Shown here in pieces: positions 1-9,060 of a stretch of DNA of 64,000 nt; the first letter of the stretch is position 1, and the number at the start of each line of letters is the position of its first letter. The notes below the pieces were generated by a model, which saw only the letters and a list, made by a program, of their open reading frames with translations, made no database searches and was not told where the DNA came from. The translations under genes and the position numbers were made by a program. This stretch comes from Thermoplasmatales archaeon SW_10_69_26 (lineage in GTDB: Archaea; Thermoplasmatota; SW-10-69-26). The stretch lies in assembly GCA_003009755.1 (NCBI GenBank), contig PXUB01000017.1, forward strand, positions 19,149 to 83,148. Reading direction: 5' to 3'.

Positions 1-3000
1 GTCTGCTTCGAGCTGGAAGCTCTCTTCTACGTCTGATGAGCAAGAGACGAGTCCCTCACTGGCCTTCTCGACGTGGACTTGGAACACATCATCGCAACCT
101 GAGCTGGTCCCGCGCCCGATGGCTTCTGCGATCTCACTGAGGGGGATCGACTTCTCCCAGACGGACTCCAACAATGACTCGATCTCTTCGGACTGGAAGG
201 TCCAGGTGGCTGCGGAGAGGGACTCGTTTTCCCATGTGGCCTTGCGCCAATCAGTCTCCTCATAGGGTAGTCGCTTGACAGTTGAGGGGTCTCCACCATC
301 TGCAAGCTTCCAGTAGGTGAATGGCTTTTCCCGTTCGGAGCCCGACAACAGAAGGATCGCTGTGTAGGTCGTGGCGGAGTCTGCGAACACCTGGGTTGAG
401 CCGAAGTCTAAGATGCCTGCAACCTGGGAGTTCTGCGCCAGCCTCTCTCGCAGTGGCTCGCCATAGTCAACACGGAAAATCTTGTTGGGAAGAATGAAGC
501 CAAATCGTCCAGATCCCCGTAGGAGATCTGTGCCTTTCTCCACGAAGATGACGTAGATATCGTAGTTTCCTGTTGGTGTCTTGTAGGTCGCCCTATAGTA
601 GTCTCGCTGCTTCTCCGGGATTCGCTGGATCTCTGCGTACGGCGGGTTTCCGATGATGGCATCGAACCCTGGATCCTCCTGGCGACTCCCATCCTGCTCG
701 TAGAAGGCAATCGGGAATTCTAGTTGCCAGTGGAAGAAATTCTCCTCTGCCGCGAGATCTTGTGCTTCCTGGTACCAATCCTTTTCCTGAATGGCAGCCC
801 ATGATCCATCCAATAGGGCCTCAGCCATCTGTTGGTAAGCATCGGACGGGACCTGGAGCCCATAGGCCTCTGCCGTGTGGACGTTCGCCATTGACCGGAG
901 GTAAGTGTAGAGGTCGTCCTCCCGGACCTCTCGGTAGACGGCCTCCATTTCCTTGATGTCCTCTATGCTCTCATTCTCGATTGAGAGCAGTTCCTCGAAC
1001 CGATCCGTGACGTGTTCAAGCGAGCGTTGTCGAGCCTGGCTGAAGGATTGGCGGAGAGTGAGTTGGCCTCTTGGCGTTGAACCGTTCTCCGTGAGGACTT
1101 CCTCAATGTCGCTTCCGATCAGGGAATTCCCGGCCTTTAATCGGTGATCGAGGAACGCCAGGGGTTGTTCGGCGGCAAGGGTTCGAAGCCAGAGCGAAAC
1201 CTTTGCGAGTTCAACGGCTAGCGGATTGAGATCGACGCCGTAGATGCAGCGTTGGGCCACCTGGCGGCGGGCCCAGTAGATGTCATGGCCTTCCTCAACC
1301 GTCTCGACCCCTTCGGATCTCGCCTGGGCTTCTCGGGTTCGAATGATCTCGCGTGCGAGGTAGTCGATGGCATTGGTCAGGAAGTGGCCGCTTCCCATGG
1401 CGGGATCGAGGATTCTCAGTTCGAAGATTGAATTCGCGAAATCCTCGGCAAAGCCCTCGGTGGAGGTCGCAGACTGTAGGACCTGAGACCTCACGTCCTC
1501 AACGATGGGACCCAAGGTGTTTTCGATGATGTGTTCGACGATGTATTCGGGAGTGTAGTACGAGCCTGTGGCCCTGCGGTCCCCCGAGTCCGTTGTGAGA
1601 TACACTTCGCCCTCGGGGATATCCGGAGTCCTCTGGCCAGGATCAATCGGCTTGTACTCGCCGTCTTCCACGGCGAGAGGCTCTTCGGCAAAGTTCAGTT
1701 TGTACTCCAACAGCCGTTCGTAGATGCTCCCAAGGTGGCGGATGTCGAGCGAGGTATAATCAACGAAGACCTTCTGTCCGCCTTCGCCATTCTCTCGCGT
1801 CGTCAAGAGTTCGATGACTCGTGCGAGATGAGCATCCCCGATCTTGTGCTCTACGAGGAAACGGACCTCTCGACTATCAGCCGGAGATGGATCCGTCCGA
1901 AACAGGCCTCCGTTGTATGGGGGGATGTGCAGGTCTTCCTCGGGAATACCCCGAGCTTGGCTGCCTTGATCGATGAGGGTGAAGAGCCTCTGGAGTCGAT
2001 GCCAGAGGGTGTCTTCCCATTCATAGTAGCCAGGATCTGGTTTTTGGAGGTCTTCCGATATTTCCTGCTTCAGTTGGTTGAGGCTGTATTTCTCTCGGTA
2101 GATGCGGTTGCGGGTGTCCAGCAGGTCTCGACCTTCACTCTCTGCGTAGAGAACGAAGATAAGACGGTAGAGGTAGATGAGGGAGCTATCGTGAATCAGC
2201 TCGAGGTCGTCTCTGTCGAGATCGTTCTCAGGATAGGAGAGGAACCCGCGAGCGAGGAGCTTGATTGCTTCATAGACGTTTTCTTGTAGATCCTCGCCAA
2301 GTTCTCTGGCAAAGACTGTGCTCTTATGGTAGACTCGGTCCAGGAAGCTGTTGCCCGTGGAATCCTCTACGAATGCCGCCTTTCTGAAGAAGAGGTAGAA
2401 GTACTTGAACGCCTCAGGGTCTCCTGCTTCGAGAAGAGTTGGTAGATTAACCTCGTAGAACGAGTCCAGCCGGTGACTGGTCTTGTCGTGGTAGAGCCTC
2501 CATTTCCTGCCGTTTGTGAGTATGCCCCAACTCGCTGAGGTTTCTTGGAGATAGACGTGTATTTGGTGACCCGGATTCTCGAAATCTCGGCGGTGTTCTC
2601 CTTCAGTGTCCAGGGGTCGTCCCCATCGTTTCGCGTCTCCGACGGCAATGGCATTGCGGTAGAAGTCGCCGCCCTGATCTCGGCGTTCATGGGCGTCATC
2701 TAGTGCTTCTTGACTTTCGAAGAAGGCATAGTCCGGGCGGCGTCGACCTCGATAGACGCTTTCTTCTATTTCGAAGGAGAAACCGAGCAAATCGAGAACC
2801 GGATTAACGAACCGTTTCCGGAGCTGCAGCTCATTGAAGTTCTCAAGTCGGTCTTCACTGTCTCTGTACTCTTGAAGTAAATCGTGGAATGCGTCTTCGA
2901 CATCCTCCTCTGGGACAGCGGACCACGCGTCTGACTCTGGGAGAGTGTCATCGAGGAAGTGATTCGAGAACAGTTCGCTGTTCTTCCAAGCTGTAAGGGC

Positions 3001-3009
3001 AGTCTGCAT
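1..3009 (-). CDS. Type IIG (Eco57I-like) fused restriction endonuclease / N6-adenine DNA methyltransferase, 3' end outside the window
   Basis: Not in the ORF track because there is no stop in the window. Minus-strand frame from ATG at 3009 (MQTALTAWKNSELFSNHFLDD) contains RRATGSYYTPEYIV, motif I ILDPAMGSGHFL (~1380-1420) and motif IV GFDAIIGNPPY (~637-670). GC is visibly lower than in the rest of the window. Confidence 0.9.
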   Translation of the reverse strand, partial: MQTALTAWKNSELFSNHFLDDTLPESDAWSAVPEEDVEDAFHDLLQEYRDSEDRLENFNELQLRKRFVNPVLDLLGFSFEIEESVYRGRRRPDYAFFESQEALDDAHERRDQGGDFYRNAIAVGDAKRWGRPLDTEGEHRRDFENPGHQIHVYLQETSASWGILTNGRKWRLYHDKTSHRLDSFYEVNLPTLLEAGDPEAFKYFYLFFRKAAFVEDSTGNSFLDRVYHKSTVFARELGEDLQENVYEAIKLLARGFLSYPENDLDRDDLELIHDSSLIYLYRLIFVLYAESEGRDLLDTRNRIYREKYSLNQLKQEISEDLQKPDPGYYEWEDTLWHRLQRLFTLIDQGSQARGIPEEDLHIPPYNGGLFRTDPSPADSREVRFLVEHKIGDAHLARVIELLTTRENGEGGQKVFVDYTSLDIRHLGSIYERLLEYKLNFAEEPLAVEDGEYKPIDPGQRTPDIPEGEVYLTTDSGDRRATGSYYTPEYIVEHIIENTLGPIVEDVRSQVLQSATSTEGFAEDFANSIFELRILDPAMGSGHFLTNAIDYLAREIIRTREAQARSEGVETVEEGHDIYWARRQVAQRCIYGVDLNPLAVELAKVSLWLRTLAAEQPLAFLDHRLKAGNSLIGSDIEEVLTENGSTPRGQLTLRQSFSQARQRSLEHVTDRFEELLSIENESIEDIKEMEAVYREVREDDLYTYLRSMANVHTAEAYGLQVPSDAYQQMAEALLDGSWAAIQEKDWYQEAQDLAAEENFFHWQLEFPIAFYEQDGSRQEDPGFDAIIGNPPYAEIQRIPEKQRDYYRATYKTPTGNYDIYVIFVEKGTDLLRGSGRFGFILPNKIFRVDYGEPLRERLAQNSQVAGILDFGSTQVFADSATTYTAILLLSGSEREKPFTYWKLADGGDPSTVKRLPYEETDWRKATWENESLSAATWTFQSEEIESLLESVWEKSIPLSEIAEAIGRGTSSGCDDVFQVHVEKASEGLVSCSSDVEESFQLEAD

Positions 3010-3295
3010 GTTGGGGGGACACCCTGTGTACCGAAGTCGCGCCCGAATGGACAGCCCTCCTTCGGCACACTTCTGTTTTGTAGGGGGCCGACGGACTCGA
3101 AACGCCGCGCCCGGGATGATATAGGTTCTGGTTCCTACCTGTGGAACCGCCAAGCGTGAAGCTCGTTCTTCGGGAACCGGGACGAGGCTCCTGGCGAGGA
3201 TCTTCCCACGCTCGGATCCACGGCAACCGGTGAGGCAGAATAGAAGGATGCCGCGACACCGCAGCGAGGGGACGAGCCTTCGACGGTTGTCCAGT

Positions 3296-4210
3296 CTAAG
3301 AGGCTGCGGTCTCGGCTGCGTCCGCGGCGGCGGTCGCCTCAGGTTCCTCGTCCTCGTGGGGGCGGTGGACGTTCCAGACGAGCCCCATCTTCTCGAGGAT
3401 GCGGATCAGGGCGCGGCCGGGGTCCAGCTGCCACCAGGCGTGGCCGATCTCGGCGGAGGTGGGGTAGGCGTGGTGGTTGTTGTGCCAGCCCTCGCCGAAG
3501 CCGAGCAGCGCCACGATCGGGTTGTTGCGGGCTTCGTCCTCGGTGTCGTGCGGGCGGCGCCCGAACATGTGGGAGAGGCTGTTGACGCTCCAGGTGATGT
3601 GGTGGCCGACGAACACGCGCACGAAGCCGCCCCAGACGACACCGAGCCAGGCACCCATCAGGGTGCCCTTGACGGCGAACGCGATCAGGCCCGGGATGAG
3701 CAGACCGATGGTGGCCATCAGCGCGAAGCGGTCGTCGATCCAGCGGACGATCGGATCCCCGCGCAGCTCCTCGTAGATCGGGCCCGAGCGGACGAAGCGG
3801 TCGCGGAACAGCCAGCCGAGGTGGGCGTGCCAGAAGCCCTCCAACGGGCTGTGGGGGTCGCCCTCCTCGTCGGCGTGAGCGTGGTGGCGCTTGTGCGTGG
3901 CGGCCCAGTCGGCGGCGCCGCCTTGGACGGCCATCGACCCGAAGGCGAGCAGCGTCGCCTTCACGGCCGGGTGCGCCTCGAAGGCGCCGTGGGTGAGCAG
4001 GCGGTGGTAACCCACGCTGATGCTGAGGCCGATCAGGCTCCAGCCGCCGACGAGCAGGCCCAGCTCAAGCCAGCCGATCCCGTTCCCCCAAAGATAGACG
4101 ATCGCGTAGACCGTGAGCGCCAGCGGGATGACGACGAACGCGAGAGTGAGCGCCTTGTGCCACCAAGGATCGTCGTGGAATGGGAGAGGGTCGTCGGACA
4201 CGTGAGCCAC
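3296..4210 (-). CDS. Membrane fatty acid (delta-9 acyl-CoA-type) desaturase
   Basis: His boxes GYHRLLTH, HKRHHAHADEEGDPHSP and GEGWHNNHH; VNSLSH motif; transmembrane segments. Confidence 0.92.
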   Translation of the reverse strand: MAHVSDDPLPFHDDPWWHKALTLAFVVIPLALTVYAIVYLWGNGIGWLELGLLVGGWSLIGLSISVGYHRLLTHGAFEAHPAVKATLLAFGSMAVQGGAADWAATHKRHHAHADEEGDPHSPLEGFWHAHLGWLFRDRFVRSGPIYEELRGDPIVRWIDDRFALMATIGLLIPGLIAFAVKGTLMGAWLGVVWGGFVRVFVGHHITWSVNSLSHMFGRRPHDTEDEARNNPIVALLGFGEGWHNNHHAYPTSAEIGHAWWQLDPGRALIRILEKMGLVWNVHRPHEDEEPEATAAADAAETAAS

Positions 4211-4223
4211 CTGTGCTTTCGGT

Positions 4224-4258
4224 TCGAAACCAGGTTCCCTTGCGGGACCAGTTTTCGA
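4224..4258. promoter_or_regulatory. Imperfect palindrome between the divergent desaturase and HxlR genes; candidate operator
   Basis: TCGAAACCAGGTTCCC-TTGC-GGGACCAGTTTTCGA. Confidence 0.4.
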
Positions 4259-4299
4259 CGGGCAACCGCTATACGAGCGTCCATCCCTTAAGACCGTTC

Positions 4300-4815
4300 G
4301 TGAACGAGAGCAACCCTGGTGTCGGGCGCGAAAGCAACCTGCCGCCCGACCACGACCGGGTCCCGCAGACCAACGCCGAGCTCGTGGACCGGCTCGAGTC
4401 GTTCCTCGACGACCTGGCCGAGGGCCATCGCGAGGTGATGGAGGAGGTCGTCACCTGGATCAACGCGCACGCCGACCTCGACGACGAGATCGAGGCCAGC
4501 GTCGAGGTGCTCAGCCCCTTGTTCCAGCCGTGGAGCGTCGAGATCTGCTTCGTGTTGCGCATGCACGGCGTCCTGCGCTTCAACGAGCTCAAGCGCGCCC
4601 TCGACGGCATCGGATCCAAGACGCTCAGCCGGCGGCTGGACGAGCTCGAGGACCAGGGCATCGTGGACCGGGAGGCCTACGCCGAGGTCCCCGTCCGGGT
4701 CGAGTACTCGCTGACGCCCAAGGGCGAGCGGATGGGCGACCTCATGCTGCCGGTCATCGCCCACCTGCGCCTGTCGCGTCTGCGCGAGGAGGGCCGGCTG
4801 CCTGAGGAGGACTGA
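4300..4815 (+). CDS. HxlR-family winged-helix transcriptional regulator (start uncertain)
   Basis: LRFNELKRALDGIGSKTLSRRLDELEDQGIVDREAYAEVPVRVEYSLTPKG. Confidence 0.9.
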   Translation: MNESNPGVGRESNLPPDHDRVPQTNAELVDRLESFLDDLAEGHREVMEEVVTWINAHADLDDEIEASVEVLSPLFQPWSVEICFVLRMHGVLRFNELKRALDGIGSKTLSRRLDELEDQGIVDREAYAEVPVRVEYSLTPKGERMGDLMLPVIAHLRLSRLREEGRLPEED

Positions 4816-4979
4816 GTTGGGAGGTGCACGCAGAGAAGCAGAGCGGCAGAGGCCAGCAGAGATGCCAGTGGGGGGACGATGGATCGAGGGGGAGAGCTGG
4901 CCGGAGAACGGCCGCGGGAGGGAACGGAGGGAGCAGACCCGCCTTCTGCGTCCGTTGGCTGCCGTCTCCCCGAGGAGGG

Positions 4980-6047
4980 CTAAGCCTCACCGGGCGTCGG
5001 CGGCTGCTCGTCGGGCTCGTCGTCGCCGGAGAGCACGCGCATGGTCTCGGCGCCGGCGAACCGCATCGCGATGACGCCGCCGACGACGATGTCGACGTAG
5101 TAGGTCGAGGCTCGCCACACAAGGACGAACGTGGCGGTCAAGCCCTCGGTGAACGGCGTGAACACGCCCAGCACGCCCGCCTCGGCCAACCCGGACCCGC
5201 CCGGCAACAGCGGGATCGTGGTGAGCACGGAGACGAGGGCGGCGCCGAGCGCGACCGTGATGAAGGGGATCTGGTGTCCGAAGCCGACGTTCAGCAGGTA
5301 GTAGAGGACGCCGAACTCCAGCATCCAGGAGAGGATGGTGGCGACGACGGCAAACCCGAACCGGCTCGGTTTGCGGCCGAGCACGGTCGCCAGCGCCCGC
5401 CGCATGCGCGCCGTCTCGACGACGAGCCACTCCTTGGCGCGAGCGGTGCGGTCCTCGCCGACCAACCCCTCGACCAGGTCCAACACCGGGTGGGCGGCCC
5501 GCGGTTTGAACAAGATCAACAGCGGAACGAGGATCAGGCCGATCAGGAACACGATGCTGACCGGGACGACCAGGGCCAGCAACGCGGAGCGGGGCAGCCG
5601 TGGGACCAGCTCGACGAAGGCCCACACCCCCAGCAGGATGAACAACAGGATGTCCAACCCGCGCTCGAGGAGCACGATCAGGCTGCCCTCGCGGGGCGGC
5701 ATGTCCCGGCTGGTGAGGATGCCGAAGCGCACCGGCTCGCCGCCGAACCGGGCCGGCGTCACGGCGGCCGCGAACACCGAGGAGAACACCGCCTCGATGC
5801 AGACCCACGGGCTCTGCGTGTGACCGGAGCCGTCGGCGAGGGCGTACAGCCGGGCGGCCCACAGCAGCAGCGCTCCGGCGTGGAGGCCGATCGCGATCGC
5901 GAACACGGCCGGGTTCAGGCGGGACAGCGAGGCGATCAGCTCCTCGCGCTGCACGCCGAACGAGAGGGCGAACACCGCCATCAGGGAGAGGACGCTGGCG
6001 ACGATGGCGACGATCAGCAGCCGGCGAAGGCGCTTGTCAAGGGCCAT
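4980..6047 (-). CDS. Flippase-like / lysylphosphatidylglycerol synthase TM-domain protein (UPF0104)
   Basis: TPARFGGEP, ERGLD, PGGSGLAEAG and LVWR..TYY motifs; multiple TM helices. Confidence 0.88.
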   Translation of the reverse strand: MALDKRLRRLLIVAIVASVLSLMAVFALSFGVQREELIASLSRLNPAVFAIAIGLHAGALLLWAARLYALADGSGHTQSPWVCIEAVFSSVFAAAVTPARFGGEPVRFGILTSRDMPPREGSLIVLLERGLDILLFILLGVWAFVELVPRLPRSALLALVVPVSIVFLIGLILVPLLILFKPRAAHPVLDLVEGLVGEDRTARAKEWLVVETARMRRALATVLGRKPSRFGFAVVATILSWMLEFGVLYYLLNVGFGHQIPFITVALGAALVSVLTTIPLLPGGSGLAEAGVLGVFTPFTEGLTATFVLVWRASTYYVDIVVGGVIAMRFAGAETMRVLSGDDEPDEQPPTPGEA

Positions 6048-6660
6048 CCGTGCCTCCCTCCAGGATCCGCATCGCCTTGGCGCCGCGTTGGAGCACGGTG
6101 ACGTGACCCATCACGGCCACGACGGTCACGACCCAAGGCAGGAACTCGACGCCGACACCGAGCGCGTGCGCGATGCCTTGGAAGCCGGCGCCGAACCACA
6201 GGGCCAGCTGGCGTTCGGGGCGCTCGACGAGGTCGGCCCAGTCCCGGCCGGCAGGGCGCACCTCCTCGAAGGTGCGTGCCTTGGCGTAGGAGGTCGCCGC
6301 GGCACCGAGGAACCCGAGCAGGCACACGGCCCAGATCCAGGTGACGTCGTAGTACCAGCCGATGGCGGCGAAGGCGAAGGCGTCGGTGTAGCGATCGAGG
6401 ACGCTGTCGAGGAACCCGCCCTGCGGGCTCGTCTGGTCGGTCAGGCGGGCCACGAGCCCGTCGAAGAGGTCGAGGATGGCGCCGACGCCGGCCACGGCTG
6501 CACCCACGATGAGCTGTCCGCGGGCGACGAGCACGGCGCCGAACCCCGTGATGATCAGACCGACGATCGACAGCGTGTTGGGCGACAGGCCCAGGGCCTG
6601 GAACACCCTGGCGATGGGGGTGGCGGCGCGGTCGATCGCGCCTCGGACCTTGCCGATCAC
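6037..6660 (-). CDS. CDP-alcohol phosphatidyltransferase (probable archaetidylinositol phosphate synthase)
   Basis: Signature DLFDGLVAR...GGFLDSVLDRYTD; SPNTLS; in an operon with ino1. Confidence 0.9.
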   Translation of the reverse strand: MIGKVRGAIDRAATPIARVFQALGLSPNTLSIVGLIITGFGAVLVARGQLIVGAAVAGVGAILDLFDGLVARLTDQTSPQGGFLDSVLDRYTDAFAFAAIGWYYDVTWIWAVCLLGFLGAAATSYAKARTFEEVRPAGRDWADLVERPERQLALWFGAGFQGIAHALGVGVEFLPWVVTVVAVMGHVTVLQRGAKAMRILEGGTDGP

Positions 6661-6703
6661 CGCTTGCCACCCCTGAGCCGCCCGTGCATCCGATCGCCTC
6701 GGG

Positions 6704-7813
6704 TCAGTTCCCGTCGGCGGTCTCGGTCACGAAGGCTTGCATCCGTTCCAGGGCTTCCTCGTCGGTGCACTGGGCCGGCGGACGCTTGAAGAACAAGCTC
6801 GAGGGGCCCTCGATCGGGCCGGCTCGGCCCTCGTCGGCGGCGAGGGCCGCGCATCGGATGGCGTCGGTGAGGATGCCGGCCGAGTTGGGCGAGTCCTCCA
6901 CGGACAGGCGGGCCTCGAGCTCGACGGGGGCGCCGAGGAAGCCCTCGCCTTGCATCCGGATGAAGGCGACCTTGTTGTCGCCGAGGAAGGGCACGTAGTC
7001 GCTGGGCGCGATCTTGATGTCGTGTTCGTCCAGGGGCTCGTCGAGCTGGCTCTGCACGGCCTCGGTCTTCGAGGTCCGCTTGCTGTCCAGCCGCTCGACG
7101 TCCTGGAGGGTGAGGAAGTCGGTGTTGCCGCCGACGTTGAGTTGGTAGGTCTCGCCGACGTCCACGCCGCGGTTCTCGAACATGTTCGAGAGGACGCGGT
7201 GGGTGATCGTGGCCCCGACCTGGCTTTTCACGTCGTCGCCGAGGATCGGGACGTCGGCGTCGGTGAACCGCTTGGCCCACGAGGGCTCGGAGGCGACGAA
7301 GACCGGGATGCCGTTCACGACGGCGACCTCGGCCTCGAGGGCGGCCTGCATCCACGTCTCGGTGGCTTGCTGGGAACCGACCGGGAGGAGGTTGACGAGC
7401 ACGTCGACGTCGTGCTCGGCCAGCTTGGCGGCCGGGTCCACGGGGTCGCGGTCGGCGACGACGAAGGCGTCGTCCTCGTCGGCCTCGTCCATCCGCGGCG
7501 AGCGGCCGTCGGCCGGGGGTGCCATGTAGACGGGGGCCTCGACCTCGGGCGGCTCCTCGCGGACCTCGAGAGCGCAATTGGGATCGGCGAAGATCGCCTC
7601 GCCGACGTCGCGCCCGACCTTGCGCTCGTCGATGTCGAACCCGCACACCACGTCGAGGTCGCCGACGTGGTACCCGCCCAGGACGGGGTTCAGCAGGCCC
7701 GGGATGTCCGCGTCCGGCTCCACGTCGCGGTAGTGTTCGATGCCCTGGACGAGGGCCGAAGCGCAGTTCCCGACGCCGACGATCGCGACGTTGATTGATC
7801 CCACGTGAACCAC
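6704..7813 (-). CDS. ino1: Myo-inositol-1-phosphate synthase
   Basis: IVGVGNCASALVQG, GDDVKSQVGATITHR, QLNVGGNTDF, EDSPNSAG. Confidence 0.95.
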   Translation of the reverse strand: MVHVGSINVAIVGVGNCASALVQGIEHYRDVEPDADIPGLLNPVLGGYHVGDLDVVCGFDIDERKVGRDVGEAIFADPNCALEVREEPPEVEAPVYMAPPADGRSPRMDEADEDDAFVVADRDPVDPAAKLAEHDVDVLVNLLPVGSQQATETWMQAALEAEVAVVNGIPVFVASEPSWAKRFTDADVPILGDDVKSQVGATITHRVLSNMFENRGVDVGETYQLNVGGNTDFLTLQDVERLDSKRTSKTEAVQSQLDEPLDEHDIKIAPSDYVPFLGDNKVAFIRMQGEGFLGAPVELEARLSVEDSPNSAGILTDAIRCAALAADEGRAGPIEGPSSLFFKRPPAQCTDEEALERMQAFVTETADGN

Positions 7814-7880
7814 CGCGCCCCCGGTCGATAGCCGGTCCGGGACCGCACCGCTCGATTCGTCTCCGCGATTTAATGCTTTG

Positions 7881-8039
7881 GAGCCCCTTTCGTTCTCGCG
7901 GGGCCCTGACGCCTGCGGAGGGGGAGACGAAGAACGATCCTCGGCAACGAAGCAACCCCCTCCGGAGCGGTACAGGCCCCGGCGGCGCCGACATTGGGCG
8001 CTGGGGACCTTCGCGCAGGGCTATCCCCGCTCGAGACGG
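7881..8039 (+). repeat. Structured intergenic element, family A copy 1 (MITE-like or ncRNA)
   Basis: Aligns by eye with the reverse complements of 46785-46945 and 63787-63902; long hairpin GGGGCC..CGGAGGGGG / CCCCCTCCG..GGCCCC with an A-rich loop. Confidence 0.75.
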
Positions 8040-8206
8040 CGCCGTCGCTGGCGAGTCGGCCTGGGACGAGAAAAGGGATGGCGAAAGCCTCGAGCCCTCG
8101 CGGCGTCTATGCCGTGAGAGGGGAACACCCGCCCCGAGGAAGACCCGAACCCGCCGCGGACCGGGAGGGACCCGCTGGGCGCTCGACCAGCTGCGACGAC
8201 GTCGCC

Positions 8207-8866
8207 TCACAGCCCGATCTTGTGCAGGGCGCGGGCGAACGTGCTCTGCACGCTGACCCAGACCGGGCTCGTCGAGCACTCGTGGGTGCCCTCCGCGAGG
8301 GCCTCGACGAGCTGGTCCGGGTCCGAGGCATCGAAGTCGGGCGTCAGGGTGAAGGCCGAGCCGAACTCGTTGGAGGTGTGGGCGTCCGAGCAGGCGCAGG
8401 TCACCAGCTCGCGCTCCTCGGCGAACTCCCTCGCCTTCCGGTTGGCGCCCTCCAGGCGGGTGCGGGCGTTGAACACCTCGACGATGTCGGGATCGATCTC
8501 CCAGGCCTTCCCCTCCAGGCCCTCCCGCATCGGGTCGAAGGGGTGCTCGAGCAGGACGAGCCCGCCCTGGGCGCGGATCTGCTCGATCGCCTCCTCGAGC
8601 GGGCATGGGCTCTCGATCGTCTCCTCGAGGTAGAGCCCGATGATCTCGCCGTCCGGCGTCGACAGCTCCTCGCCGACGATGACGTCCAGCTCGCGGTCGT
8701 GGTCCGCGATCCAGTCGTGGAAGGCCAACGCGCCCTCGGCCGTGTCGTGGTCGGTCGTGGCCAGCACGTCGATACCCGCCAGCTCGCACGCGTCCGCGAT
8801 CGTCTCGAAGTCCATCCGGCAGTCCGGCGAGAAGCGGGAGTGGGAGTGCAGGTCGACGTGGGGCAT
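8207..8866 (-). CDS. PHP-domain metal-dependent phosphoesterase
   Basis: DLHSHSRFSPD, TDHD, GEELST, HPFD, SDAH. Confidence 0.9.
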   Translation of the reverse strand: MPHVDLHSHSRFSPDCRMDFETIADACELAGIDVLATTDHDTAEGALAFHDWIADHDRELDVIVGEELSTPDGEIIGLYLEETIESPCPLEEAIEQIRAQGGLVLLEHPFDPMREGLEGKAWEIDPDIVEVFNARTRLEGANRKAREFAEERELVTCACSDAHTSNEFGSAFTLTPDFDASDPDQLVEALAEGTHECSTSPVWVSVQSTFARALHKIGL

Positions 8867-9060
8867 CGCGGTCGCAAGCGTATCCTTGGTCGGGAACCGT
8901 TAGCGTTGCGGTTCAGACCCCTTCGACGCGCCCGTGGAGACGTATCCCTGCTGGTGCTCGCCCTCGACGGTAGCTTAGCCTCGGCTGAGGGACACGTGGG
9001 CCAAGCTGCGGTCAACCGATCGTCAACCCCGAGCCGACCGTGACGGGCTCCTGGAGGACC

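Noticed and set aside
3103-3117. tRNA 3'-end-like string (minus strand ATCCCGGGCGCGGCG) at the low-GC boundary, a possible att site
   Set aside because: Only 15 nt, no T-loop, no matching tRNA or integrase in the window, and its orientation would place the island on the wrong side.
7870-8200. Possible SRP RNA or RNase P RNA (about 300 nt, structured, GCAA tetraloop followed by AGCA)
   Set aside because: Lacks the CAGG side of SRP helix 8 and the GAGGAANNUCC/AGAANNNNGCUUA RNase P motifs, and the sequence is multicopy (family A).
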